Part shown: in pieces, positions 42,591 through 60,700 of the stretch
Numbering within the stretch: the first letter of the stretch is position 1
Layout of the letters: each line of letters opens with the position of its first letter
Source of the DNA: the human T2T-CHM13v2.0 reference genome, Homo sapiens
Assembly: GCF_009914755.1 (NCBI RefSeq)
Contig: NC_060930.1
DNA length: 64,000 bases
Reading direction: 5' to 3' (one strand)
Position numbers and translations under genes: made by a program
The notes under the pieces: generated by a model
Database searches by the model: none
Told to the model about the DNA's origin: nothing
Seen by the model: only the letters and a program-made list of their open reading frames with translations

Positions 42591-45254
42591 GCCTTGCACA
42601 CCATTACTTAGGCTAGTACAAGATAATGCAGTTTTTATACGATATCAATTGTGTAGCTACAGAGAGAAACTGTCCTGCATATGTAATTTGTGATTAATGA
42701 GAAACACAGTAGCTTCTCCTGTGATGTCAGTCCCATGGGCACTTTAAACAGGTTCTGCCTAGACCACTGAGGTATGGCCACTCATTGTAGATGCTGGTCC
42801 TGCCACTGCCTCTGCACTCTCATGCTGAGGCGAGCGGGGCAGGCAGGTGGATGCACCGGGCTTCCACCTTCCTCTTTCTTCTCTGATGTGGTATCAGGGT
42901 CATGGGCAGGAGGCAGTGCTAGCCCATGGTCCAGTCCTCTTCTGGCTTTTGCTGTAGCTGAGGGGCCTGATCCCATCAGTTCTTGGTCCTGAACTTGAGA
43001 TTTGTTTTCATGTAAGCAAATCTTACCCTGAGACAGGAAGATGTTACCTCTGCCTAAAAGGAAAGCAAATAGAATAGTAGGAAGTACAAACAGAGGATCC
43101 AAAACCCCTTATAAATATGGCAAAGCAGACACACACTAAATTAGCAATGCTAGATCATATCAAACTCTTTGGGTTTTTCTTGGCCCTTGTCACTGGAAAA
43201 GAATGTCCTCCTTGAACATTTAAAGGAATGGGAAAGTATTAAAAGTTAATAATTCCATTATATATTTATGAAAATGTAACTTTTTCTTTCATAGGCCTGA
43301 GCCATCTAGCTTCCTGGGATGGGGAATGTTGAAGGGCCAATAATGAGAAATTGTTAGGATAATTACAATGGGAAGGGCAAAGGGAAAAAGGTAATATAGC
43401 TTCTAATATCCAAAATTGGATTTTTGTTTTTTAAACATCCACAGCAAGACAATTGGCCTTGAAATTTTGTTAGAAGAGAAAATAACTTTCTAAGTTACTT
43501 TATCTTATTTATTTACCAATCAAGAGGACTATTATCTAGACTAGACTTTAAGTTTTAAATCTGTGCAGAGGAGCAAGCAGAAGGGTGATATTAAAAAGGT
43601 GAAAAACCTAGTGGATAGTGTTGAGGGAGTATAGAAAGAAGGTACGCAGAGGAAAAGCGAGGAGGTAAAATGCCCTGGTTCCTGTCCCACATTTGTCTAA
43701 ACTTGAGGTGGGAGGAAGGTCAAAACTATGAAGTGTTTTGAAACATTGAACCAACCCTGTTGATTTATTTCTCATTCTCTCTTTCTGCTTCCTGACATCC
43801 CTCCTTGGTTTTCAAATTTCCTCCTGCATAGGAGTTAACATTCATTAACATCACTTTCCATTTTGCAAAGAAAATGTGACTTATTTCTCCTTAATCATAC
43901 TGATTATTCACAAGCTCAACTCCACTTGATTCAGAAATTTGTTTAAAAATGTATTGAGCCCACTTTGGAAATCTCAGTCTGGTCCAGTCATTTAGCCCAC
44001 CTCTAGATAATTTAGCCCTTTAGGGAACGATGTGGTAGAGACTGGACCTCAGCTCCACTGGCTCCCTCTGTTTCCTCAGTGGTCTCATCAGAGGAATGCC
44101 TACAGAGGATGCTGTGAGCACTGACATACCAGTTCCCTATGAATTATTTTGGTAGGCATGTGATAGAGAGGCAGCTGCCTGGTTTTCTGATTAGTAGAAT
44201 CTGTTCTCTCTAGGCTTAGGGCAGAAATTTTTATTTCTTTCTACCTGATCCCCAGGTGATAGGGCTGAGTCAATATCTGTGTACATATTAACATTAGTAA
44301 GAAGTTAGAGTCAATTCTGTCTTACATGCAAATCCTATGTGGTTGGTTTTTTATCCGTTTCTTTCCTTTCCAGACACACTCAATTTGATTTTGATTTTTT
44401 TCTCTTCCAATTCTAGTTCAGCACTTGTACATGTCTGTCATTTGCTTCTCTCTGCAAGTATTTGGGAAACATGTTTATAAAATATGCATTATTACTTCTA
44501 CTTCTTGATTCAGTACAATACACTACAGATTCATCTTATACCCTACATTTATTTTCTTTCCCGTTTCCCATCTTATGAGACATGATGAGTCTTCTTCTCA
44601 CTGTTTTTCTTCTTTAGTTTCTTAAAGCTTTCTTACCTTTTTCTTATTGGAAATTGATTTTTCTTCTCTGCCTTATCACAAATATTCTTCTCCCTCATTC
44701 ACTTTGTCCTGTAAAACATTTACCTTTATCACTTCTTTGAGGCAAACCAACCTCTCAGAGCCTCTTGGCATGACATTTAAAAATTCTGATTTTCACACCA
44801 GGTTATCATTTTTTCTATGAAAGTATTTTTATTATTTCCAGTTTGGATTCTAAGTAAATTGTATCAAGTTCTTTGACCTCAGCCAGATAGAAATTTATTG
44901 AGTAGCATTAAGAACAGGGTTGTGACACAGAGCAGCTCTCTCCCGTCTTTCACCTGGGAATGATGATACTAATGCTGGGACACATATCATCTCGTCAAGT
45001 GCCTTCCAATGGCAGCATTCCTTTGGGCCCCCGAAAGAAGCAGGTTAGCCATTGCTCTCCGCTTGAAATATGTATTGCTGATGGCAGCTTTTCTCTGAGT
45101 GTCTCTGTGCTTTCATTTGTTTCTGATAAACAGAGAAAACACACACATTAGGACCAATAATTTTTCCCAGTTGCCATCAATATGTTTATATAAAAATGCA
45201 TTTGCTTTATTTCTGATTGAGCCTTATACTGCTTAACCACAATGTTATTCTAGA

Positions 45255-45455
45255 ATTCAGAGTTTCCTAATTTTGTGGTACAGAAACCCCCCAACATCAA
45301 ACTGGCTGTTGTACTTCTTAAACATCCACTTCCCATGCCCCACTCCAGACCTCATGAGTTTGAATTTCCAGGGTAGAGCCTGCAATCCTGCATTATAAGA
45401 AAACTCTCTCATCCAGTGACATTTTTGTTCATTAAATTTGAGGAACAATGTTTGC
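45255..45455. mobile_element. MER5-like hAT fragment
   Basis: CCCACTCCAGACCTCATGAGTTTGAAT...TTTGAGGAACAATG. Confidence 0.55.
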
Positions 45456-45499
45456 AAGATATAAACTATGACAAAATTATTTTTCTATCATTCAATTAC

Positions 45500-48100
<2,601 letters not shown>

Positions 48101-48121
48101 AAGACTTCATTCCACAATCTT

Positions 48122-48450
48122 CTTATATATAATATATATATAACTTAATAATGTTATATATTACACATATAAATATATATGTTATAATGTATATAATATA
48201 TATCTTAATCTTAATAATATATATCTTCATAATTTTATATAATCTTAATAATATAGATCAAAATAATCTTATTATTAAGGTCATATATTTATATAATTAT
48301 ATAAATATGTAATTATAGTATAAATATAATAAATATATAATTATATATATAATTATAAATATATAATATATATTTATTATATATTATATATAATATATAA
48401 TAATATTAAGGTTTTTTATATATATATAAGTATATATAACCTTAATAATA
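48122..48450. repeat. AT-rich low-complexity / degenerate (TA)n tract
   Basis: Directly visible. Confidence 0.9.
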
Positions 48451-48785
48451 TTAGTCTTGTAACAACTAAGGCTACTATACCAGAATACTATAGACTGGTG
48501 ACTTATAAACAGCAAGAATTTATTTTTTATATTTCTGGAGGCTGGGAAGTGTGAGATCAAGGCACTGGTAGATTTGGTGTCTGGCAAAGCCCTGCTCCCT
48601 GGTTCATAAATGGCTGGCCATTTTCTTGCCATAAAATTCCATGGTGGAAGAGAAAAACTTTGGTTTCTTCAACTTCTTAAAAGGGCACAAATCCCATTCA
48701 TGAGGGCTTTACCCTCCTTTTTACCTAATTCTATCACTTTGGGCATTAGGATTTCAACACATGAATTTTGGGGAGAAACATTCTG
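48449..48785 (-). mobile_element. MLT1A-like LTR
   Basis: TTCTGGAGGCTGGGAAGTGTGAGATCAAGG...GATTTCAACACATGAATTTTGGGG. Confidence 0.75.
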
Positions 48786-49410
48786 TATGTATACACACAT
48801 AGACACATGCACGCAAACGTATTTTTTATATGTTCAGGATAGATATGTTCAATATAGATATACATGTTCAGTAATCATACAGTATTTATCCTTTTGCATC
48901 TGGCTTATTTCTCTGTGGTTTCTTGTTGATCAAGAAATTAATTAGGAGCAGGAATAATATGAGAATTGGAAGTGTAAGATCAGTGAGGATACATCAAGAT
49001 AAGCAATAATTACTAAAGTTATATTTGGAGAATTTGTATTTTGACTATGTTAAGTTATTTGATTATGTCCAAGCTTATCCATGGTTGTATAATGTTTTGG
49101 TTCTGGTCCTTGAAACACCTCAATTTCCTGCATTATGCAGTAAGGGACTCCCAAGACTTTGTTCACAAGACCTCATAAGTAAAGACAATATTGATATAGA
49201 CATGGGTGAGCTGTGATTATGCTAAATAAAGCAATAAGCTAACATATTCAACCAGAGTAGTATTGAAATCCAGTATCTCCGTCTTTCAGTGTAAGATGCT
49301 AAAATAAAATTGGAAAACGGTAAATAGTAATGTCAGCCACGTGCAATCATTTACGAGAGAAAAGACTGTAAGCCATTGATGGTATTACATTTCTTTCATC
49401 TTATTTTTAG

Positions 49411-49550
49411 GGTTGCTGGAGAAAGATAACAATTGATGACTTTTTGCCTTTTGATGAAGATAACAATCTATTGCTTCCAGCTACAACTTATGAATTTGAA
49501 CTGTGGCCAATGCTTTTGTCTAAAGCTATTATCAAGCTGGCAAATATTGA
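49411..49550 (+). CDS. ADGB: ADGB exon 6 (140 nt, phase 0 to 2): GCWRKITIDDFLPFDEDNNLLLPATTYEFELWPMLLSKAIIKLANI(D)
   Basis: Acceptor ttatttttAG, donor TGA|GTATGT; calpain IDDxLP and ELWxxLLxKA motifs. Confidence 0.96.
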
Positions 49551-52025
49551 GTATGTAATGACACTATCACTCACATGAATAAAAAAAGCAAACAAAAACA
49601 TTAACTATACATTTGTATTGCATAATTTATTTTTTTAAAATTAGCTAAAAGACAGCTTTTTCCCCTAAACAATGTAATGCTCTAGTATAAAATCAAATAC
49701 GCCAAAACCACTGATTTTTTCTATTAGGTTAACAATAATGCAAAATTCCTCCAAGAAAAATATACCCAAGAATTATTCTATGTTCAGTGCTGTCTTACTA
49801 TGAATGGAAATTTGATCATGGAAAATGATGTTTTGTTTAATAGGAGAAAAAATTGTTTTGTGGGAGAAAAATATTGGTTCATCTAAATACTGAATAATAT
49901 ATCCTGAAATCTAGTTAAAGATTTAGGTTCTGTATATGCAGCAATAATTTACTAATCTTGAAAAACCTGAACTTTTCTGAAAGATGTCAATGTACGCTTC
50001 ATGATTTTGGTAACATTGCTCACTTTTGATACATTCATGATGAAAACTACTCATATTTTCTTCAGTATTCTTACAAAATTGGTTTCTGTCTTATATTCCT
50101 GCCTGACTTGTGCACCAACATATATGAGACACATCTGCTATGTGCTATTCCCTCAGCTTACACTTCCAGAGAAAAGGAGTCATACCATCCTGGCCCTAAC
50201 AATGCAAAAAATCTTTGATGATCGTGTTGGAAATGCATGGCAATTTTGCCTCATTGCTCACTGGAAGATGCTCACATACATTGCACAGGCTGGGATTTTA
50301 TACACGTCCACCTCCTGCAGTTTGTCAAAGATTCTCGATATTTAACAGGACACACCCACATGCTTTAACAGTACATGTTAGAGATTTGCTCACAGCTCAG
50401 CCCCCTCCCCTTCTATAAACATTGCAATGTTAGTCAGAAGTCAGGCCTGCTTTGTGTGGATTTTCTTTAGGCACAGCTTCATTTTTCTCTCCCAAGGCTA
50501 CAAAACAAAAACAACCACTCCTACTGCCATCCTCTTCATATCTGTTTTTTCCTTACCAGCCCTCAGTTTTCCTTTGGGAATTAGTTTCACCCAGCTTTTA
50601 GCACTTAATTGCAATGATTTTCATAAAAACTCAGCCCAGATCTTTGTAGGTAGCTGAATAGCACTAAGTATTCATACCGGTGGCATGTTCATTTATTTGG
50701 GAAAAAAAAATGTTCTGAATGTTTCTAGTTCTCAGACATAACTTGAAGTTCTGAGAATCAGAGCTGCTAGAGCAGTGAGGCATTGAATACATGACCTGGA
50801 TAATTGGAGTGGTATTTTATCTTTCTTAAAGCTGTAGTTCAGTAGAAATTTATAGCAACATAAGTATTAGGGTTATTATTATTGTTTAAAAAATCCAATT
50901 AGTAAATAAAGCAACAAGCTAAGTGTAATACATTTCTTGGGAATTCTGGTGGAAAGTTTCCCTACATGGTACAATTTATATTTTTCCATAATTTTTTTCA
51001 GATTTTTACAGTACATAGTGATTGCTTTTATATGAGGATTAGCTTACTACATTTTCCAAATTAACACATAGTAATTTCAATGTCAATGTGAGATATGCAC
51101 AGAAAAGAGCATTATTTCTATTTGATTTGCAAAGTCACTTCATAAATTTGTCCAATGAGGAGTTTAGACTAGTCTGGGATCTATCCCAATAGACACTTAT
51201 TATCTTTGAAATACGTAGACATATAGAAATTTGTAATCCATAAACAACAAAACAGTGCACATTTTAAAATAATGGCATATGTGACTAAGATAGTAAGATT
51301 TCTTTCTGAAGAAAGGCACACATGTGTTGGTAATGCCATTAACACTACCACTGACGGATAGTCAGCTGAAGCCGTGACTCCCGGGCAGAAGGGAGATATG
51401 GCATTTTTGCATGTAAATGTAAATAGACTAATAACTTCAGGGAAAAAAATAAGAGGTCTAAATGAGAATAGTGATACTTGGTTAATCATATCCTCGTTTT
51501 ACTTTATGCTAAGCTGACAGATCCACTCTTCTGTACAGGACAGAACAGATGTTTCTGGTTTCTCCACAGTTATCTAAGGATTTCTGATGCCCATCTTGAC
51601 TTGCCATAGATGAGACTGATCTAACACACAGCTTCAAAGACATCTTAAAATAATTACTGAAATCAGAATGATAAAAGAGACTGTTCTGTTTTTAAAAGAA
51701 GTATACAAAAATGGATTATATTCTAATTATATATTTCATAATATATAATGTGAATATATTTCATGTATATAGCATTAATATTACTTTTAGATCTTAAAAA
51801 ATAAAGCATATAAACATGCCTTGCAAATACAAATGAAATTAATTATATTATAAATCCTACTTCAGTGTTTTAACAAATAATTTGGCTTCTGGGATAGTAT
51901 TTTTTAATACAGTCTATAATGAATAATCAGAATATATTGCTGTTTATTAATGATTCCTAGTTCTTATATATCTTTATGTGTTTTCAAATTTTGCTACCTG
52001 TAACATTATGCATGTTCTTTTTTAG

Positions 52026-52112
52026 CATCCATGTAGCAGACAGGAGAGAGCTGGGGGAGTTCACGGTTATTCATGCGCTCACAGGATGGTTACCAGAAGT
52101 CATTTCTCTTCA
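52026..52112 (+). CDS. ADGB: ADGB exon 7 (87 nt, phase 2-2): (D)IHVADRRELGEFTVIHALTGWLPEVISL(H)
   Basis: Acceptor ttctttttttAG, donor TCA|GTATGT; calpain-7-like HALTGWxPE motif. Confidence 0.95.
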
Positions 52113-52295
52113 GTATGTTTGACTATTAAATTGCTCATATCTATTTTTTTTATCTTCCCAAGATTTCTTTAAAATATTCCTAGCCTTTAAGAAAATTTCA
52201 AGAAAGGTCATGTTTTGCAAAATTTGGGGGAAAATATCGTTTTGTAGTATTATATAAAGTTCCTTGGGAATTTCAGGGTAAATTCTATTTCCTTA

Positions 52296-52788
52296 TGTAG
52301 GAGAACAATGACCCCCATAGGTTCTTTGTTGGAACCGACTCCTGTAACAGAAGACACATTAACAAGAGAAAAACACACAGAAGTTTATTACCATGTGGAT
52401 TTCCATGGGAAATCTACAACAAAGAACAGTCAATTTTTACAGAAGTGACAAGACAAAAGAAAATGACTTTGAGCCTCTACAGGTGGCAACTTGTGGGAAG
52501 GCAAATAAATGATAGATAAAGGCTAGTTATGAAAGGCTGTTCATGTAGATTCCTCTGGTACAATTCCTCAGGCCAGTAAGGGTCCAAAGCTGTCTTCAGT
52601 GGTTAACACCTGTTCTCTCTGGCACAAGGGAGTGAGGGGCAGGATACCTCTTGGTTTTTGTAAATCTATATCTTGCTTTTAGGCAAATAGAGGGAAAACA
52701 GAGTTTCTGTGTATCTGCTTCTTCATAGGGATTGCCTGTAGCTCAGCAGTCCTTCATATTTTGGGGTGGCATGTGCAGGTCTCCCACA
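52296..52788 (-). mobile_element. MER34/MER39-type ERV1 solo LTR
   Basis: TG...CA ends; minus-strand start TGTGGGAGACC...GCCACCCCAAAATATG; 4-bp TSD CTTA. Confidence 0.85.
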
Positions 52789-54539
52789 CTTATATATATA
52801 CTATGAATTTAATCTTTAAATATCCGATGTACAAATATTTAAACAATGGTAATTATTTATTATGGTAAAACATTTGCAAACTTCCCTTTACACTTATAAA
52901 CCTGTCACACTTACTTCAATATAGAAACATAACAGCAACTTTTAATTGGCCACATCTATATGGAAATAATCATAAGAAGACAACTATTATGCATCAAGTA
53001 TTTTAGTATATTACTTCTCGTTTAAAAATCACAGTCCTGAAAGGATAGTCTCATTTAATCATCCATATGACCCCATCAACTAGGTGTACATCATTTCAAA
53101 TGAGGAAACTAAAGCTCTCAGAGGTTGAATTCCCCCAAACTAGGAACATGTAAGTCTTGCTGGTCCAAAGCCCACAGTCTTTCTTTCATGTGATTCTAGA
53201 TATAGAGAAATTGCTTCTTTATGTCCAAAAATAGCTATTAGGTAAAGAATAGAATAGAGACATTGCTCAACTTAGTGCTGACTTATAATTTCACGATCGT
53301 TTTATTTAATACATAAGGAATATAGATGCACCGTTTTATCATTTTACCATTGACATTTGGAAACAAATCAAGATAAGGTGCATAGAAAAGAATTATAACA
53401 ATAGATTTGAATATACCCTTAACTCAGATACTGACTTTTACAAGATGATTAAATCTACAGTACAGTTATCAACCTGGACCATCTCTGATCTTTGACTGGT
53501 AATAGGAAGCTGCAATTCCCCAGGGGCAATAGAGATTAGAGGAGGTTGAAGACAGGCCCTAGTAACTTGGATTCTGCCATCTTCACCATATTTTCAGCAG
53601 GATAAACTTGGGTGTTGCTTTGTTCACATAAAAGTATTTTCAGGGAGAAAAAACTGGAGGGTAGGAGCTGATCTTGTTTTTATCTTAGGAAAGGCCAAGA
53701 TAGCACTCTTTTATATCTTCTTTTGGAAACTTTTCCTATTATCTAAATGACTTCCTGACATAATGTGTACAATGTTAGTGAGAGAAGTAGAGAGAAAATG
53801 AGATTTTAAAAGTATGGAGCTCTATAAATTTTTATACTTAGTGTTGATGGAATGCTTACAGTTTTTCCTGTGCAATTTTCTCTGTGCAATAGTCAGTAGA
53901 GATACCAGAGACAGGAAATCATCAGAATTCTACCAGAGGATGGTAAAGAAACAAGAGACGAGAATAATTCACAACTAGAAAATTCATAAAATTTTGCCTC
54001 GGAAAATCAAAACAGAGTATCTTCTAATTTTCCATGTAATAATAGAAGCAGAGTCAGTGACATGTCTGAGTGGGAATTAGAAATCCAACCACTTCAAAGG
54101 ACTCTTGTTGGCACGTGTCTCTGATGCATGGTCTCTCTGTGAACATAGCACTCTGCCACCCTGTCTTTAAGCCTAATCATCCAAGAAGTTATATGGTCTC
54201 ATTCCGTGGTGTTTGAATAGGTCTTTTTCATAGTGCAGCATATTTTATGTGGTAGATGGGAAATACAACCTAGATTTTGGATTCAGAAAGGTCTGTTCCT
54301 ATCCTGACTCAATTATTTGCTGGTTGTGTGATGCCATACAACTTAACAACCTCTTAAACATCAGTTAATACTGTATAATGTTCCAGAGCTGTCATGGGAT
54401 CAAATGAAAAAACAATAAAATGTGCTAAAGGCCACTCTGCTGGGTAGTGGAGATCCAGGGATGAATAGGAGGCAGTTCAGGGAGTCGAGCAGATCAGAGA
54501 TGCACAGGGAAACCAATTATTATTTTCCAGTCACCAGTT

Positions 54540-56015
54540 CATTTCCCTTGTTTTCCTCAGGAAAAAAAATCTTAATAAATGAGTGGTTTGTACACACTGT
54601 CTTCATCTCCTCAACTCCCCGTTTCTTCTCATCTGACTGTTTGACCTTCCCCGTCCACCACACCAGTGAAATGGCTCTTCTTAAAGTCAACAAAGACCTT
54701 AATATTGTCAAATCCAGTGATCACCTCTCCTGCCTCATTTACTTGCATCCCAGTATGTGACCCTCTTAAACAAGTTATTTCCTTTTGCAACACTTGCTTC
54801 CCTTGGTTTCCTCAGCAACACACTCTCTGGGTTTTTCTCCTTCTTATTTTCTGCTCTTTCTCAGGCTTCTTGGATAGTTCCTCAACCACAGTACAGCTAC
54901 TAAGTGATGGTGTGTAGCAGGGCTCCTGTCCTGTAACTTTAAATAACAAACTGTTTGACAATGATTTTCAAGTTTATGCCTGGTCACCATTGCCCGAACT
55001 CTAGACTGTATTTATCTACAACTGCCTAAGTTACGTAGCTATGTGAATGTCAAAAGTGTATCTTAAACTCAGAATATCCAGAAAGGAACTCTTGATTCTC
55101 AACCTCCTAAACTGCACCGTCCCTAGAATGCATCATCTCAGTGAATTTCACTACCAACCACCTATTTATTCAAGCTAAAGAAAAAAACTAGAAGTCATCC
55201 TTCATTGCTCATTTTCCTTGCCTCTCACATAAAATCTCTCACTGGCATCTGTCAACAGTACATTCTCTACTTACTCTGAACCTATTTGTTTCTCTACATC
55301 TGCATTATTACCATCCTAGTTCAACCACTGATCACATGTAATAGACTTATAACTGGTCTCCTAGAGTCTATTTTACCCTCCTTTAGTTAAGTTGGTAATC
55401 AGAAGAATTTTCTAAAGTATAAATCAGATCATATCGTTTTCCTCGCTTAAAACCTTTCAGTGTTTAACTATTACACTTGAATGAAGTTTTACAGTCTTGA
55501 CCATGATCCTCAGAGATCTACACTGTCTGATTCACACAGTCTCTGACCTCATCACTGACCACATCAATGTCTTGGCAACCATTTACTGGTCACCCAAGTC
55601 TTCTTTCTGTTTCTGAAATATAATGAAACTCACTCTACCTTACGGTCCTTACATGGGCTACTCTTATTTTTTTCTGCCTGGAATGACCTTTCATCAGATT
55701 ATTCACCTAGCTGGGTATGTCACAACGCCTGGGTTTCACCAAGCTTAACCATCAACTCCTTAGACAGGCCTAGTTGAGCATCCAATCTAAGTTATTCCTT
55801 CCCCAAGTTATGCCACATTTCAGCTTCCCTTATTTCATTTTCATCATGGAAGTTATCACTGTTGTTATTCTCTGTCTCTGTTTTATCCAACCATTGGATG
55901 TAAAGTTGTCCACAAGAACAGGGACCCTCTTTTGTTTTGCTCAATGTAGTGCCTTCTGTGTTTAGAACAGTGACACGGAATGACTGGGATACAGTATGTG
56001 CTCAATGAATTGTGT
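54540..56015 (+). mobile_element. LINE-2 fragment
   Basis: L2 3' text ending GTGCTCAATGAAT. Confidence 0.7.
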
Positions 56016-56199
56016 AAAATGAGAATTTAAAAAAAAATTTTTAAAGGCTATACTAGAATACTAGGAGAGCGTAAAAGATTCTTTGGGAACTCAGAACAGA
56101 AACCTATAGTTTAATTCCTGCAGAGGATAATACTTGAATTTATCTCAAAGGATTAGTTGAAATGAATGAAGCTGATTGAGGTGGGGAATCCAACTCACA

Positions 56200-57100
56200 G
56201 AAGAAAATATATCAAGGAAATAGAAGAAAGCAGGGTGCATCCCAGAAAAACATGTGGTTCTGCATTATGTGCTATGGAATCCTAGAGGAGGAATAGGATG
56301 TGGGAATGGAAAGGTAAATAGGATCTAGATAGATAGGCCTTTTATGCCATGCTGACACTTTTACAACCTCCTTAAAATGATCAGATGTCACTAAGGGATT
56401 GTAGACAGGAGGATGACTGTATCAGACTCATGGTTTTGAAAGATTGCTCAGAGCCTTAGAACAGCAAATGGCAGGAGTGGAACAGCGAGACTGGCTTGTG
56501 CAGTATTCTTGAGGGGGGTCTTCTGAGGGCTTCTGCCAAGGAAGTGGTGATGAGAATGGAGAAAAGGGGATCCACTGCACTGATAAAAGGTAGTATCCAA
56601 CGGACACTGTGTTTTATTTGAAGGGGATTTTAAAGAGAGAGTCTTGGTCATTCTGAATTTTCTGCTTTGAGTACTAAGTAGAAGGTGATGCAGGACATTT
56701 TTGTTTACTTATCTTTTTTTATTTGCTTGGGACAAATACCTGTTAGGTGGTTGTATGTGTGAGTCTGGATATCAGGAGAGAGGTTTGAGCTGGAACTAAT
56801 GATTTAGAGGTGACACACATTTATGGATAAACTCAAAATATGAGGAAATACTATGTAAAATGGCAAGAACACCAAGAGGAGAGCTGTGGGAAAAGAATTA
56901 AATTGTCAACAGTGAGCAGAAGAAAGGGAGTGTTCAAAGGAGTCTGCAAGTAATTTCTATGACAACAGAAAGAAAACCAGGAAAGAGGGATGTTATGGAA
57001 GCCTCAGGGAAGAATTAAAAGCAAGAAACAACACTGTCACATTCCACAGAGAAGCCTAATAAGATAAGGACCTTCTACATAAGTGATCATGCATGCAAAA
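56200..57100 (-). mobile_element. LINE-2 fragment
   Basis: Purine-rich antisense L2 text (GAGTCTGGATATCAGGAGAGAGGTTTGAGCTGGA). Confidence 0.6.
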
Positions 57101-57429
57101 GTGTCTGCCACTTAATAGATGCTCAAGGACATGTTCTTTCCCTGTCCTGGCTGTTAACGTGATTAGCTTCCCTACCAGGGCGAGTGATCTCTGAGATAAC
57201 ACCATGGTTTTGGTCGCTTTGTATCAGCAAAGCCCAGCACACAGTAGGCACGCAATGAAAGCTTGTTGAATGTCTAATACATAATGCTGTTCTTTTAACT
57301 AAAAATTTGAGTAACAATTGAAATTATTCATTAAATAGCAAGTTGATTTTTCTGTCAGTAATTTCTTGCGAAGTTCAAGGAAAAAAAAAAACATCGTTTG
57401 GAAATTAATGTTTTTGTCTTTTCTCTTAG

Positions 57430-57677
57430 CCCGGGATATATGGACAAAGTTTGGGAGCTCCTGAAAGAAATATTGCCTGAGTTTAAGCTGTCAGATGAGG
57501 CCAGCTCTGAAAGCAAAACAGCAGTGTTAGATTCTAAATTAAAAGAACCAGGGAAAGAAGGGAAGGAGGGAAAAGAAATAAAGGATGGAAAGGAAGTAAA
57601 AGACGTGAAGGAATTCAAACCTGAAAGTTCTTTGACAACACTAAAGGCTCCTGAGAAAAGCGACAAAGTTCCAAAGG
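57430..57677 (+). CDS. ADGB: ADGB exon 8 (248 nt, phase 2 to 1): (H)PGYMDKVWELLKEILPEF...KAPEKSDKVPK(E)
   Basis: Acceptor ttttctcttAG, donor AGG|GTAAGA; inside ORF 57398..57703. Confidence 0.95.
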
Positions 57678-57749
57678 GTAAGATATTTTACATCAAAATG
57701 TGATTCAGTATGGACATTGCATATAAATGCCTTACAATTTTATTTGATG

Positions 57750-58640
<891 letters not shown>

Positions 58641-58879
58641 AATGCATCTTTGTTGTCGTTATCCTTTCTTAAGTTTTTGTGACAACAGCCATGTAATTAA
58701 GATCTTTCTTTTCTAGGACTTTAGGACTTATAATGGTGTTTACTATATGCTAATTATTATTCCACATTTTGCTTTCTTTAAAAATCAAAAGCAATTCTCT
58801 ACTTTGATGCTACTAAATTAATCTAGTATTAGCTCTCAATTTCCATTAAACACATATTTTTCCTATTTAAAAAGTAAAA

Positions 58880-59900
58880 AGTGGCAGAACTTGACAATGA
58901 TGACTGGTAGAATTCCAAGCTGCAGAGCAAGATAGATGGTGGTACCATTTAGGAGAGATCACAAAATGATTTTGAATATATTGAAATTGAGGTGCCTTTA
59001 AGACAACCAAGTGGGTTTTTCATGTCAAGACTCCTAGGCTGGTGATATACACTTGGGAGTCGTTGACAAATTCCTGCAAAATTAAACCAGGAATGATATT
59101 TCCCAAGGAGACAGTATAGAGTGAGCAGATGAAGGAGGCTGAGACTGAGTCCTGAAGAAGTGGAACATCTAAGAGGTTGGTACAAAATGACGAGCTGCTG
59201 AATGAAGAGTAAGGACTGGCCAGAGGAGCAGGGACAACATCAGCAGAGCATTTTGTCATCGGGGCCAAAGGAAAAAGTGTTGCAGGAACCAGAGATTGTA
59301 TTAAATATTGTGGGAAGATGAACTATGATGAAAATTTAAATTTCTCAATTACAATTTGTGATATGGAGGTCATTGCGCACTTGTGAGTGATAGGAGTAGA
59401 AGATACATTGGAGGGGAGTAAGAAGGAAGTGGGAAGTAAAATAATGTATAAACAACCCTGTGAGAAGCTTGTCCTTGAAGAACAGGAAATTGCAAAGTGG
59501 AAGCTGATAGAGAAGAATGTGGGAGGCAGACAGAATATATATTTGTGAATCTAGTGAAGGAAAATTGGTTTTTTTTTTTAAGTGATGACTGGGAAGATCC
59601 TGCTGAGATGACTGCAGTAGTATATGTTTTCTGAGAAGAAGGAGCAAGTTCCACACCCCAGCTATAAGGGGATTGGGCCAGCCCAGGGAGAGCAATGGCT
59701 CCTCCATTCTCATAGGTGGGCACAGGTCATGGGAGAGTGGATACAGGTGTAGGTGGGTAAACGGGTTTGGTAGGAGAAGATGAGGACTTCAGACCAAAGA
59801 CTTCTACTTTTTGTTTATACACAGCCTAGCTATGAGCTGAAAGTGAGGTGGAGGTGGAAGATGTAGATTCTCACGGAGATTTAAAATAGATGTGGCAAGG
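58880..59900 (-). mobile_element. LINE-2 fragment
   Basis: TTTGAATATATTGAAATTGAGGTGCCTTTAAGACAACCAAGTGG. Confidence 0.65.
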
Positions 59901-60382
59901 TTTGCAGAACTATGGGAGGATTATCTCCAGTGGGACTCAGCTGCCAAGTTTATTCAGAGTGGGGTTTTGCCAGATGGGTGGGATGAAATGACAGAGGAGC
60001 AATCCTTATTTAGGGTATTGGCAAAAACACATTTTGGTGAGCACTGTTGTATTCTATCCAAATTTCTATGTGAAACAGTTTGATTTTTTTCTATTTATAA
60101 TTTTTATTATGTATTATTTTTAAGTCACAAATTCTGAATAGAAGTTTGAAAGCTCTTAAAGTCCTATTTGAAAATTATACATGCACTCAAATATTGCTTC
60201 CTAAAATTAGTTTTATTGAATTAAGGTAATATATATAGAAAATTCACAAATAAAATTTTGATAATAAACTTTTTAAAAACAGAAACTTCTTGGTTAAATG
60301 TTTTATCCTATGATTGAAGTTATAGTTATCTTTACTTTTATATCTAATTTAAGTGTTAAATCTGCTGAAAAAGCTAAGATAT

Positions 60383-60700
<318 letters not shown>

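Noticed and set aside
48122-48450. AT-only tract as a structured element or repeat array
   Set aside because: Degenerate (TA)n low complexity with no repeat-spacer periodicity
50150-50700. Non-repetitive, enhancer-looking intronic sequence with several short ORFs
   Set aside because: No recognisable motif cluster or homology; cannot be supported without conservation data
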